Of a stretch of 64,000 nt of DNA, positions 1-10,719 are shown piece by piece. Within the stretch, counting starts at the first letter, position 1. Every line of letters starts with the position of its first letter. The notes beneath the pieces are model-generated. The model was not told the DNA's origin. It saw nothing but the letters and a program-made list of their open reading frames with translations, and did not search any database. Origin of the DNA: Antedon mediterranea (lineage: Eukaryota; Animalia; Echinodermata); NCBI RefSeq assembly GCF_964355755.1, contig NC_092674.1, forward strand, positions 27,218,001 to 27,282,000. The letters are read 5' to 3'. The translations under genes and the position numbers were made by a program.

Positions 1-222
1 AAAAGTTAAAAATAGTAGTTATAAGGATAAAAGGTCTACTACGTCTGTAAATTGTTAAAACCAAATCGTGATTGGCTGAGAGAATTCACGTTCACTATCG
101 CAGCAATAGGCCTATATAATACTTTACACCCTGCATTAAATACATTTTAACAATTTAATTTTTAAAATTGATATATTCCTAAATACTTGTATAGGAGCGG
201 CGACGGAAAGCCTTATTGCAGC

Positions 223-458
223 TAAAGCGTGGTTCCCACTAGCGACGCAACGTAACGCAACGCAACGCAACGCTAAAGCGTAGTTCCCACTAGCGACGGA
301 ACACAAGGACGTAACGCAACGCAAGTGAATTGACCAATCACAAGCGATGGCTTATTGGCTTGTGATTGCTAACTGTCTATAACTTCGCTTGTCATTGGTT
401 AAAACGCTTGCGTTGCATTTACGTCCTTGCGTTACGTTCTAGTGGGAACCAAGCTTTA
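223..458. mobile_element. MITE family 1 (PIF/Harbinger-like), full copy 274-458 preceded by an extra left end
   Basis: Ends TAAAGCGTAGTTCCCACTAG...CTAGTGGGAACCAAGCTTTA are inverted repeats flanked by TAA/TTA, with internal (ACGCA)n-type repeats. Related copies at about 575-663, 9950-10070, 37595-37758 and 52375-52548. Confidence 0.75.
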
Positions 459-817
459 GTATTGACGCAATGTGCTGTATTGTAATCACAAGTGAGAACC
501 GAAACAGTGCTGCAAACATCGCAGGTTTCATTTCTCGCAGGCGGGGAAAACTCAAATATTGGAAGGGCATTTTGTTACGCTGCGTAAGTTGTGTTACGTT
601 GCGTCGCAAGTGGGAACCAACCTTAAGTTGCGTTACGTTGCGTCCTAGTGGGAACCACGCGTTACAATGTGTGTTTGATGTGAATGATGCACTATTTACA
701 TAAACATAATATTATTATGATTTGGAATTTAAATCTACCAGCAGGGATGTATACACATAAACACCAATTACGATGAATGTCATTCATATGCAAAGAAGAG
801 GGCTGACGTACGCTAAA

Positions 818-1035
818 TTAAGTTGAAAACCCTGCAGTATACTGTATTCTAAAAGTGTTTTTCCTTTGAAATTTGTGGAAGCAGGTGCCGTTTTGCGTAG
901 TACACACGCCACAGGAAAGTACCAAAAACAAAATTATTATAAAAATTACAAGCTGCTTTAAGTAAGGTGGCGGCATAACGTATGGTGGGATGTACTCCGT
1001 CACCTCCCCTTCACACGTAACACACGATGTTCTAT
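818..1035 (-). pseudogene. 3' remnant of a TSP1/EGF two-TM paralog
   Basis: Translates to EYIPPYVMPPPYLKQLVIFIIILFLVLSC, matching the C-terminal VYMPPYVVPPHWYLLKLIAVVLCL of the 1102-2586 gene. No ATG or upstream domains. Confidence 0.6.
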
Positions 1036-1101
1036 TATAACGTATCGTGATATGTTTTGATTTCCTCTATACACAGTCTGTTTTAACATGAAGACCTAGT
1101 T

Positions 1102-2586
1102 TCATGCGTTATGTACATGTGCTTCTTCACTATTTACATTATTGAATACCAATAAACGCAAATCTATATTATAGACGTATTGCAGTCTACCAGTACCAAC
1201 AACGTCAAGGAATATTGTAAAACCTAAACAAAGCACGACAGCTATTAGTTTCAACAAGTACCAGTGTGGTGGAACGACGTATGGTGGCATGTACACACAG
1301 AACCTCTCCATTTCCGACTCCCCTTTACATGGTTTTCCGGCACACGATCTTTCATGCATTACATTTCGGGATCTGTACTGAATTGCTCCCAGTTGTGTGG
1401 GTTCACACGGAGACCAGCTACTCCATTGACTCCATTCACAGTCTATGTCTTTACATTCACAGACGTCACCACTGAAACCAGTAGGACATCTGCATACGTA
1501 CTTTGAAGGTTCTAACTGTCCATTGTTCTGACAGAGTGAACATGAACGTGTCTGTCGTCGATCATTAGAACATGACAATCCATTACATTTGGGTGGTATC
1601 TCGACTGTACGTGTTCTAATTTGCTGACCACGAGCATTTTCGATGACGTCACAATCTGACCAAGGAGTCCATTCTGTCATTATGCAATCCTGCACCTTAC
1701 ATTCACAGCACTCACCATTGTAACCTTCATGACAAGAACAAAACGGAGATCTGGATCCTGAATTGACAATGTCACCATTATTACAATGACGATTGCAAGA
1801 CTCTTTTTCTTGTTCTAATGGACAGGGAACTCCGCCAAATTCAGCATCTGAAACAACGCTACGTGTTCTTTTCCTTGTTCCAAACGGTCCGCATGTATGA
1901 GAGCATTCTGTCCATTCAGTCCATTCTGTCATCTCGCAGTTTCGTATCTTATTTTCACAGCACTCACCAGTGTACCCTTCTTGACAATAACAAGACGATG
2001 GACTGCCGTTGATTATTTTACCATTATTACGGCAATAACGATTACAGGTCGTCTCTCCTATCTCTTGTTCTGATGGACAGGGAGAACCACCGTGTTTTGC
2101 TTCTGCAAGAACGCTACGTGTTCTTTTCCTTGTTCCAAACGGTCCGCATGTATGAGAGCAATTTGTCCATTCAGTCCATTCTGTCATCTTGCAGTTTCGT
2201 ATCTTATTTTCACAGCACTCACCAACGTATCCATATGGACACTGGCATTGAATAGAGTGTCTATTATATCCTCTGCACATTGTGTTGCAATGTTTCTCTT
2301 CCCTTCTCTTCTCTTCTCCGTCGCAATCGGAATGATATCGTACAAATTCTCTTGATCTGGAAGTATATCCATCACATGGATTTGCACAACTTGACCATTC
2401 ACTCCAGCGAGAAAATTGACAGTCTCTAGTATATGCTCTAGGTCCTCCTGTATCATCATATCGATTTCTGGATGTTGTGTCATTATCTTTGACGCGTATG
2501 TACCATACGCCTAAGCATAATAGGCCGCCTACAACCAAAATGAAGCATACACAACGACATTCGTCATCATTGTAGTTATTATGCAT
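1102..2586 (-). CDS. Intronless thrombospondin type-1 / EGF-like repeat membrane protein, about 494 aa, with N- and C-terminal hydrophobic helices
   Basis: First ATG at 2586 (MHNNY). TM CVCFILVVGGLLCLGVWYI, five WSxW/WTEW..C..RTR TSP1 repeats alternating with four EGF-like C.C..G(Y/F).G..C units, and a C-terminal TM LLKLIAVVLCLGFTIFL. Confidence 0.85.
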   Translation of the reverse strand: MHNNYNDDECRCVCFILVVGGLLCLGVWYIRVKDNDTTSRNRYDDTGGPRAYTRDCQFSRWSEWSSCANPCDGYTSRSREFVRYHSDCDGEEKRREEKHCNTMCRGYNRHSIQCQCPYGYVGECCENKIRNCKMTEWTEWTNCSHTCGPFGTRKRTRSVLAEAKHGGSPCPSEQEIGETTCNRYCRNNGKIINGSPSSCYCQEGYTGECCENKIRNCEMTEWTEWTECSHTCGPFGTRKRTRSVVSDAEFGGVPCPLEQEKESCNRHCNNGDIVNSGSRSPFCSCHEGYNGECCECKVQDCIMTEWTPWSDCDVIENARGQQIRTRTVEIPPKCNGLSCSNDRRQTRSCSLCQNNGQLEPSKYVCRCPTGFSGDVCECKDIDCEWSQWSSWSPCEPTQLGAIQYRSRNVMHERSCAGKPCKGESEMERFCVYMPPYVVPPHWYLLKLIAVVLCLGFTIFLDVVGTGRLQYVYNIDLRLLVFNNVNSEEAHVHNA

Positions 2587-3699
2587 CCTTGTATATGGTA
2601 GTAAAGGTATGCCAATTAAAGGTGGTATTTTTCTTATTATAAACGACAATAAAAACGGTGACGTGGTCGACTGACAAGAATAGTACAACAACATTGGAAA
2701 TTCCCATCCAAGCTAATAATAGAGGCCAGAGTATAGGGAAATATTGAATGAATTCGTGTATTGTAACTAACTTGTTACTAAAAGTATTTAAACAACATTT
2801 AAAAACAATAATTAAAGCAAATGGAAGATAAACTAATTACGGACTAAACAAAAGTTATATAAAAATAAACAGGAAACAACAAATAATGAAAGAGAAAATT
2901 ATCATTTAAAATAAAGTATACGGTGAGGCTAATTGATTGTTTTATGTGGATAAAAACCGAATCAACATTTCCGGAATAAATACTAATAAAACCCAATATT
3001 AGGTCTATCCATGTTTTTCTAGATTTCTAGATCCTCAATGAATTATAATTATGACTCCCCAATAAGAATAATATAATGGAAAATCGACTAAAAATGATAA
3101 AATAGGAACATTTGTTGAGGGACAGTTGCGCTAAGCTAGGCCTGTCTATTATCATAGATTGTGATTAAGAGTTGAATACCTGCATAATAATTATAGGCCT
3201 GATGTTATTTTTTAAAATGGTAAGCTTAATTATAATTGAATCCAAAATGCTATTTTTTAAAACGTAATATACCATAACCATGACCTGCTCTAATCTAAAA
3301 ATAGCTCAGGGAAATTATCCGTATACATAATAATAGATACAGGTACTAGCAGTTACACATTGAAAACAACTTAATACATTGGAAAATGACATATTTTACA
3401 CGCCTGACTTCTTCTTTTTTAGTTTCTGTATAACAACCGTTTTCGTTCGGTTCCTATTGTTTCCACCTATCTATTGTAATAATCAGACATAATCGCTTTT
3501 GTATCCATAGTGATGCTTTGTGATAAAACGCAACCAAAAACTCGTGTAACATTGAAATATTTTGGTATTCCGTGTTGTTAATTTTAAATTACTTCCTTTT
3601 AATCAATTTTAATTTCTATTATTTAAAAAAAAATGTGTAGCACTCATCCTCAGACTTCATGAAGGAGCATTGCGTACAAATATTTTTCACGTATTGCAT

Positions 3700-4290
3700 T
3701 TGAATAAGGCATACATTTTCTTATATAATTTTCCACTTAATGGAATTATACATTAGAGTCATTGAGGTTCCAAATGTACTTTGCTTAATTCGATGCTGTT
3801 TCTTTTACTAGAATTACGGAATGAACTTTGGTGAATTGGTTTTTGGTTAGACCTATAATTATATGTTTCTTATTGTCATTTCTAATTACGGTAGCTTGCA
3901 CCACGCTTTTAGTGAGTGAGACACTTTCCAGGTAAAGGGCATTCGCTTTTATCACAGCAGTTACATTCGTTTGTAGCAATGTCCAAAGGGTTTATTTTTT
4001 CTTTGGCTGGTACTGATTTGTTGTGTGTGCACTGATTATGCTGTTGACATCGGCATACAACTATAGCTTAATTTGAGTGAGAGTGAGTGTGCTTGCTAAG
4101 CTTGTGCTCACAATGGAAACATCCATTGAGCAAGTGCAGAAACTTATGTCCAATGTTAGAGGATACGTTTCTGCCAAATAGAGGGTGAACCATATAACAT
4201 TTCTTGTTCGTGATCTTGTTATTTTTTTGTTGCGGCTCAGGATTGAAATTAACTTTATATTCATATCTGCTGTTCTTCTTGATATGGTGG
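3700..4290 (-). mobile_element. Degraded Penelope-like retroelement fragment (linker plus GIY-YIG endonuclease region)
   Basis: Frameshifted pieces read RTRNVIWF...GRNVSSNIGHKFLHLL...NSIISAHNK...LTKSVVQATV...IGLTKNQF...ELSK.IWNL, typical of the RNIIWFNPP / IISAHN / SVVYQATV / YIGLT / ELSKYIW motifs of PLE ORFs. Confidence 0.7.
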
Positions 4291-4646
4291 TGTGGCTGTG
4301 TTTAACGATTGTTTATCGGATGAGATACCGGATACCGGATAGTCTTATAGTCCTATATAACATAGTTGCTTCATTGTAACAAACTAGAGATGGTTACCAA
4401 TAGGCAAACAATTTACTTTGCAGGTAACTGAAATAAATACCAAACATCAATCAATCGATCAATCAATAAGATGTCTTTTGCGTTTAGTGTTCATATCCAT
4501 CCAAAGGAGAAAAAAAATCCGTGAATCTAAAATCTACAAAATCCAGAAAGAGCAAAACCCACATATCTGCATTCCGTTTACCAGCAATTTAAGGTGCACA
4601 GACCGGCTAGTACATAACTCACAGGTGTTCTCAGTTATGTGGGCAT

Positions 4647-4994
4647 CTATCTATACAATCTTAGCCTAACAAACAAAATAAAAAAACATAACAAAAAAAT
4701 ATAGACAAAATCTATAATATTGCAGAACCTTTCTTGATCTTCAGGTGGACATGGAGGAGAAACACAATCTTTAGCGTTACGTGTTCTTGTTGTTGTTCCA
4801 ATTAGTCCATATTTATTTGAACACGGTGTCCATTCAGTCCATTCTGTCGTCATCCTCCAGTTTCCACCCTGGAATAGATCTCTTATATACAACAGGAAAT
4901 TGCTGATATACGGAAGCAAAATTAAAAATATTACGATACTGGCGATCACACAAAATCCACGCCGAAAACATTGTTGGTAATTGCGAGCAGGCAT
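4647..4994 (-). CDS. Miniature paralog: TM - single TSP1 - TM, about 115 aa (could be a pseudogene)
   Basis: ATG at 4994 (MPARNY). TM FCVIASIVIFLILLPYI, TSP1-like TEWTEWTPCS...TRTR...PPCPP...ERFCN, then TM FVYIFLLCFFILFV. The sequence upstream of the ATG resembles that of the 2586 gene. Confidence 0.55.
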   Translation of the reverse strand: MPARNYQQCFRRGFCVIASIVIFLILLPYISNFLLYIRDLFQGGNWRMTTEWTEWTPCSNKYGLIGTTTRTRNAKDCVSPPCPPEDQERFCNIIDFVYIFLLCFFILFVRLRLYR

Positions 4995-5891
4995 TGTAGG
5001 TAGTATGGCAATTAATATTATTGGTATTTTCAGTTGATCACAAATGATGAAATGGTTCGTTAAACCTCGAAACAAATCAGAAGATCCTTTGGAATTTCTA
5101 CACAACTTATTGTTAGGCCCAAACCAATAATAACCAACAAAAAACATCACGTGATTTAATATACCCAATTGAACATTTCTGTTGAATCACTTCTGCCCTT
5201 ATTGTTAGAAAGTTGAAAAACACAAACCGACTTACGTACAGATAATATTTAATGACAATCATTCATTAACTGAATAACTCCTCCAAATCATTATTTATAT
5301 TTATTATAATTATGTTCAACAACGCAATAGACCTATACAAATGTACCGTACACATTGTATTAAACTTTTTAAAACCGCACTCGTCCTCTTAGTAATGTTA
5401 TTGCAATTATTTGTAATGTGATCCGGTCGTCATGGAGAACGATGCAATGATTAGCCTGGGTGCAGTACAAATTTTGGTTTTTCTGATAGAGTATACCATA
5501 GAGAATATCAGAAGAAAAAAACCCATCCTAGGGTCTTGTGGGCAACATTTTTTATAGCACTAAATTTTAAATAACATACCATGGAACTATAATATTATAG
5601 TTCCATGAACATACACAAATACCTATATATTAAGGGATAGGGAAAACCAATTCACGGTTTGTGTCACTTGTTATAATGATTAAAATTAGCAGAGGTTTAC
5701 TTTAATAACTCTTCTCATAGTAGTTAATGAATCGAGTCGACAACGATGACATCATCATGCCAAAATCCAATATGGCGTCCAATTTGGCGGGAAAAAACAA
5801 GTATTGAAAAATGCCTTTTAACGTTACAATGTACGAATGCTACCTTAAAATAATGTATACACATACAGTATCTAAACACGCGATGGTATTG

Positions 5892-5968
5892 TACCCCTTT
5901 CACACCAAAAGCAAAACTCCGGAGACACCCCGGAGTTGACGTCCCGCTGTTTTGGTGTGAAAGGGGTA
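5892..5968. mobile_element. Short MITE (family 3)
   Basis: TACCCCTTTCACACCAAAA...TTTTGGTGTGAAAGGGGTA inverted repeat with an internal AAAACTCCGGAG. Related sequence at 8878-9395 and about 51883-51980. Confidence 0.7.
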
Positions 5969-6699
5969 TTGTATCTACTTACACGGTTATATTGATAACA
6001 CTGTTGTTATTATGTTTATGATGATACTAGTTGATTTAAACATTTTTATCCCGTCAATGTTTACTTTTAACAGTCATAGGCCTAATTGTCGAGAAAGTAA
6101 TTCTTCTGAAAGAGTGCGCTCTTTATCTTACCTCTTGATACGGAACTGGATAGTAATATCAAGTATTTAAAAATTGGTAAAAAGGTAAATATTTCAGCCG
6201 GAATCTAGTTTACAGACAAAAACCGACGACGCCGACTACGAATCAAATACTAAAAACATAAAAAACACAATAACTAGAGCACTTCATTTGCGTAGAACAA
6301 AGTAATATGATTGATTAAATTTTATTAAAATAAATTCGCAAGTAGGCCTACACAATTAACACAAATCATACCGTAATAGGCCTACAATTTGTTTATACAA
6401 AAGAACCAGGAATTATAACATGATCACCACCTGCCATAATCAATAGAATAACAAACTGTAAAGATACACTAATTTAGTTATATATAAACAACTTGAAAAT
6501 TGAAAAAAAGGCGAAAAATACATCTTAAACAGTACAAAATAAAAAAAACATGTTCATGAACTTTTGTAATGATTCGCTTAATTTTGAATTTCTAACCTCG
6601 AAAAGATACACCGTAGTAACTTGACAATTGGAGATATAGTTAAATCATGAGCACCATGAGAAATAAACAAATTTAAACTTAAAATAGTTAATTACAATT

Positions 6700-7885
6700 T
6701 TAATCCAGGCGAATTACGTAACTAACTAAAAACGGAAGCGAAGCTAACCAGTGCCAATTTTGCGGGATGACGGAGTTGTTGTGCCTACGCCTACGGAGCT
6801 TCTCCGTATTCGCCTTTTCTGATCTAGATTGAACTCCTAAAGGCGGCCTACCCGTCTGCGATGTCGTTTTACACGGATACCCGTTACTTCTGTGGTTCCA
6901 CTCGCAATCTTTGTATTCACAGAAGTCACCACTGAAACCAGTAGGACATCTGCATACGTACTTTGAAGGTTATAACTGTCCATTGTTCTGGCAAACTGGA
7001 CATGTACGGTTCTGATGTCGATCATTAGAACATGACAATCCATTACATTTGGGTAGTATCTCGACTGTACGTGTTCTAAATTGCCGTCCTAGAGCGCCTT
7101 TGATGACTTGACAATCTGACCATGGAGTCCATTCTGTCATTTTGCAGTCCTGCACTTTACATTCACAGCACTCACCAGTGTAACCGTCTAGACAAGAACA
7201 AGGACTGTCATCAGAATTGATAACTCCACCATTGAGGCAATAGCGATTGCAGGCCTCTACCTCTTGTCCAGGTGGACAGGGAAAACCGTTGTAACCAGAG
7301 TCTACAATAACGCTTCGTGTTCTTCTTTTTGTTCCGCCTGGTCCACATGTGTGCGAACAGTTTGTCCATTCAGTCCATTGCGTCATCTTACACCAGTCTT
7401 GTACATGATATTCACAGCACTCTCCAGCGTAACCATGTGGACAAGAACAATACGGAGGACTGCCATCTAAATTGATAACTCCACCATTGAGGCAATAGCG
7501 ATTGCAGGTCTCTATCTCTTGTTCAGGTGGACAGGAAACACCGTTGTAATCAGCGTCTACAAGAACGCTACGTGTTTTATTCTTTGTTCCAAACGGTCCA
7601 CATGTGCGAGAACAGTTTGTCCATTCAGTCGATCCATTGCGTCATCTTACACGATTCTTGCGTCTGATATCCATCAGAGTATGCCTGTGCACATCGATAT
7701 TGAATAGGGTTTTTTGACATTTCAATTATGCACAATGTATCAGCATGTCGAGATTCGTCGAATTCTAAAGATTGCACTGTTTCATTGGCATTGCCATTGT
7801 AAAACACGATTATTAGTACGAAAAAGAGGACTCCAGCAAAACATTCGCAATAACCCGCTTCATCAGTTTGCGATTTGCGAGGCAT
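6700..7885 (-). pseudogene. TSP1/EGF two-TM paralog pseudogene
   Basis: High DNA similarity to the 1102-2586 gene. A 4-bp ATCG insertion near 7630 (TGG-ATCG-ACT GAA TGG) shifts the frame, and GAA>TAA at 6970-6972 turns QLEPSKY into QL*PSKY. Confidence 0.8.
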
Positions 7886-8877
7886 GTTTGCGATATGATG
7901 TAATTGGTGGTGTTTTCCTTAAATATAAACTATCCTAACCATGACGTGGCCTAGACATTAGACCCAACAAAAATAGTGCAACCAAAACTTTACTTGGGAA
8001 TTCCATACCATCATTTATTTATCTCTTATGGAATTCCCCAAAACAAATTGTTTATTTATGCGCAATAATCCAACTGGTATTATTGTTATGTGATCGATAA
8101 TAAACATGTGGTCAGATATTCAATTTTCAATAAAAAAATAAAAACAGCAGGTTGAAATTCATGTAAACAATAATAAAGTATATTGAAATGTTTCTTCTAC
8201 TTTAAATTCGGAAATGTTTTTTACTTTGTGCTATAAGATAACTTATCTCATGGGTGTTTCGGTGGTCACCGGCATAGATATTTCTTCTGTTGCAAAATAA
8301 CACCGTGGACTAGTATCTATTGCGTAATCATGATGGATGAATGATAGGTCCATGGTACACAAATCAGAGATAATAACTGAAACGTGCGGAATTTCCAAAA
8401 AGAGTCTACCCAGAGCAAATTTTAGGCTGCATTGACAAATGAGGTTCAGGAGAAATTGTATGTTTTCACCAAATGTCCCCTATTCTTGATTTTTCTTATA
8501 CAGATACATATATTCAATAACAAAAATCAGTCATTAGTAGCTCCAAATCATTACGTCATTTATTATTGTATATATATGTTCAACATCGCAATACATTAAG
8601 TACTATAAAAACCACTTTAATAACACTTTAACATTATTCTTAGAATAAAACATTATAGTTTACGATACATACAATAAAAACATTATTATTAATTATTATT
8701 AATATTTCATATTAGTATTTTCTAAATCATCTAAGCTGCTATCAATAAAATTTGAGAACAACCAACAAACATTCTTAATACACTTTTTTAGTAGGAAAAC
8801 TTCAATAAGTGTGACTAGAATATGATTTTATGCAAATATAATTATATTATTAGTAATAGCATGGGACCCTGGTACAG

Positions 8878-9395
8878 TACACCCTTTCACATCGCCTATA
8901 CACAACTTTGTACGCCACCGAGGCGTCAACACCGGCGTTTTGTGAGGTGTGCACAACGTTACACCGCCTAAAAAACTCCGGAGTTTACATACACCACCGA
9001 GGTGTCAACACCGGCGTTGGGTGTGGTGTGCACAACGTCACATCGCCTATACAAAACTTTGGAGGGTACATACACCACCAAGGCGTCGTCAACATTGGCG
9101 TTTTGTGTTGTGTGCACAACGTCACATCGCCTATACAAAACTTTGGAGTTCATTACACCACCGAGGCGTCGTCAACACCGGCGTTTGGTGTGGTGTGCAC
9201 AACCTCACACCGCCTAACAAAACTCCGGAGTTTACATACACCACCGAGGCGTCGTCAACACCGGCGTTTGGTGTTGTGTGCACAACGTCACATCGCCTAA
9301 CAAAACGCCGGAGTTTACATACACCACCGAGGCGTCGTCAACACCGGCGTTTTCTGTGGTGTACACAACGATGTGTGTAAAATCCGGAGTTTTGC
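8878..9395. repeat. About 83-bp tandem repeat x6, rich in palindromes, beginning with a family-3 MITE end
   Basis: CACCGAGGCGTCGTCAACACCGGCG recurs at about 8916, 8995, 9077, 9159, 9242 and 9325. The array starts TACCCTTTCACATC. Confidence 0.85.
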
Positions 9396-10719
9396 TAGAT
9401 AGGCAATGCATAGTTAGTTGAATAAAAATACTACAGTTAAATATACACAATATATAGTATTGGCTGCATGCGCTAATTGCTATTACTGACCAGCAGTTAC
9501 AATTAAGATTAAATAAAAGTCTTTGAACACGGAGAAAATATTAGCCTGGGAAAAAATATACACTACATTTTATATTGAAAAAAAGTGTATTGAAATATTC
9601 AGTGTCTCCTAGTATAAATAAAAAGTACATTTTATTTTAAATAATAACTATAATATGTACATAAATACCATATATGGTTTACCAAATAAATAATACATTT
9701 ATGAATAAATAAAAGCACCAAATGTTTTAAATATTATGAATTTATAACATTGCACATATCTAAAAGAAATTATTAAAATATATTTGTAAAGGTTTTTTCT
9801 CCGAATTATTTTGGTCAGTACATATGATCTGTATTGTTTAAAAAAAAAAGATACTACATAATTATGCAGCAATATGTTTATTTAAATGTGTTTCAATATG
9901 CCTACATTTTTTGGGGCTAACAGTGCCAGATACATATATATATATGAATTAATGGTTCTTACGGACACATTCACATAGATGCAACATCAAATGAGTTGAC
10001 CAATCACAAGTGACAGTTTAGCTGATCATCGCGTAGTGATTGGTCTAATTATTTGCGGTGCGCTTACATCCTTATTATGTGTCGGAACGAAATTCAAGTT
10101 CCCTTTCCATTTGAAAAAAAAATGTGATTTACTTTACTTTGTTCATGATATGTTTCTACCTAAGTTTACTGTTCAATAAATGCTTTAGGAAATTCTTAAA
10201 TTTTATAGGCCCTGCCCTGTTTTGGTGGGTTACAGTTGAATCTCTAAATTTACTGTATTTTAGTTAAAACTATTCATTTAATGCTATTTGGTGTATTTTA
10301 ATGTTTTATGAAAACAAATTGTCTATAATACTTCTTGTATTGTAGTACTGTAGTTTTAATGTTGAACTTTATGCTAATGACAGCCCAAATATTTGAATAT
10401 GTTATTTGGTGTGTTGTAATGTTTTTTTTATTAAAATAAATTGTTTAAAATACTGTAGTACTGTAGTTTGAATGTGAACACGGTGGGTTTGAAAAAATAC
10501 AACTTGTTAAAATACTGTAGTACGATATGACACAGTTGCCTTTGGCATTCACAGACTACAAAGCAAATATTCAACATTTTTGTAAAAAATAAAATGGGTA
10601 TATCTTAAAATATGAGGCATGTCTAGACACCCCTTCTTCAAAACCAAGGCCCCAATGTAAATCCACCAAAGAGGGTGAATTTCCTCAGTTGAATATAGCA
10701 CCTCACTTACATAACATTC

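Noticed and set aside
2587-2694. N-terminal extension of the 530-aa ORF
   Set aside because: It starts at TTG. In a eukaryote the first ATG (2586) is more plausible, and it matches the start positions of the paralogs.
8878-9395. CRISPR-like palindromic repeat array
   Set aside because: Whole units repeat with no unique spacers, there are no cas genes, and the context is eukaryotic.
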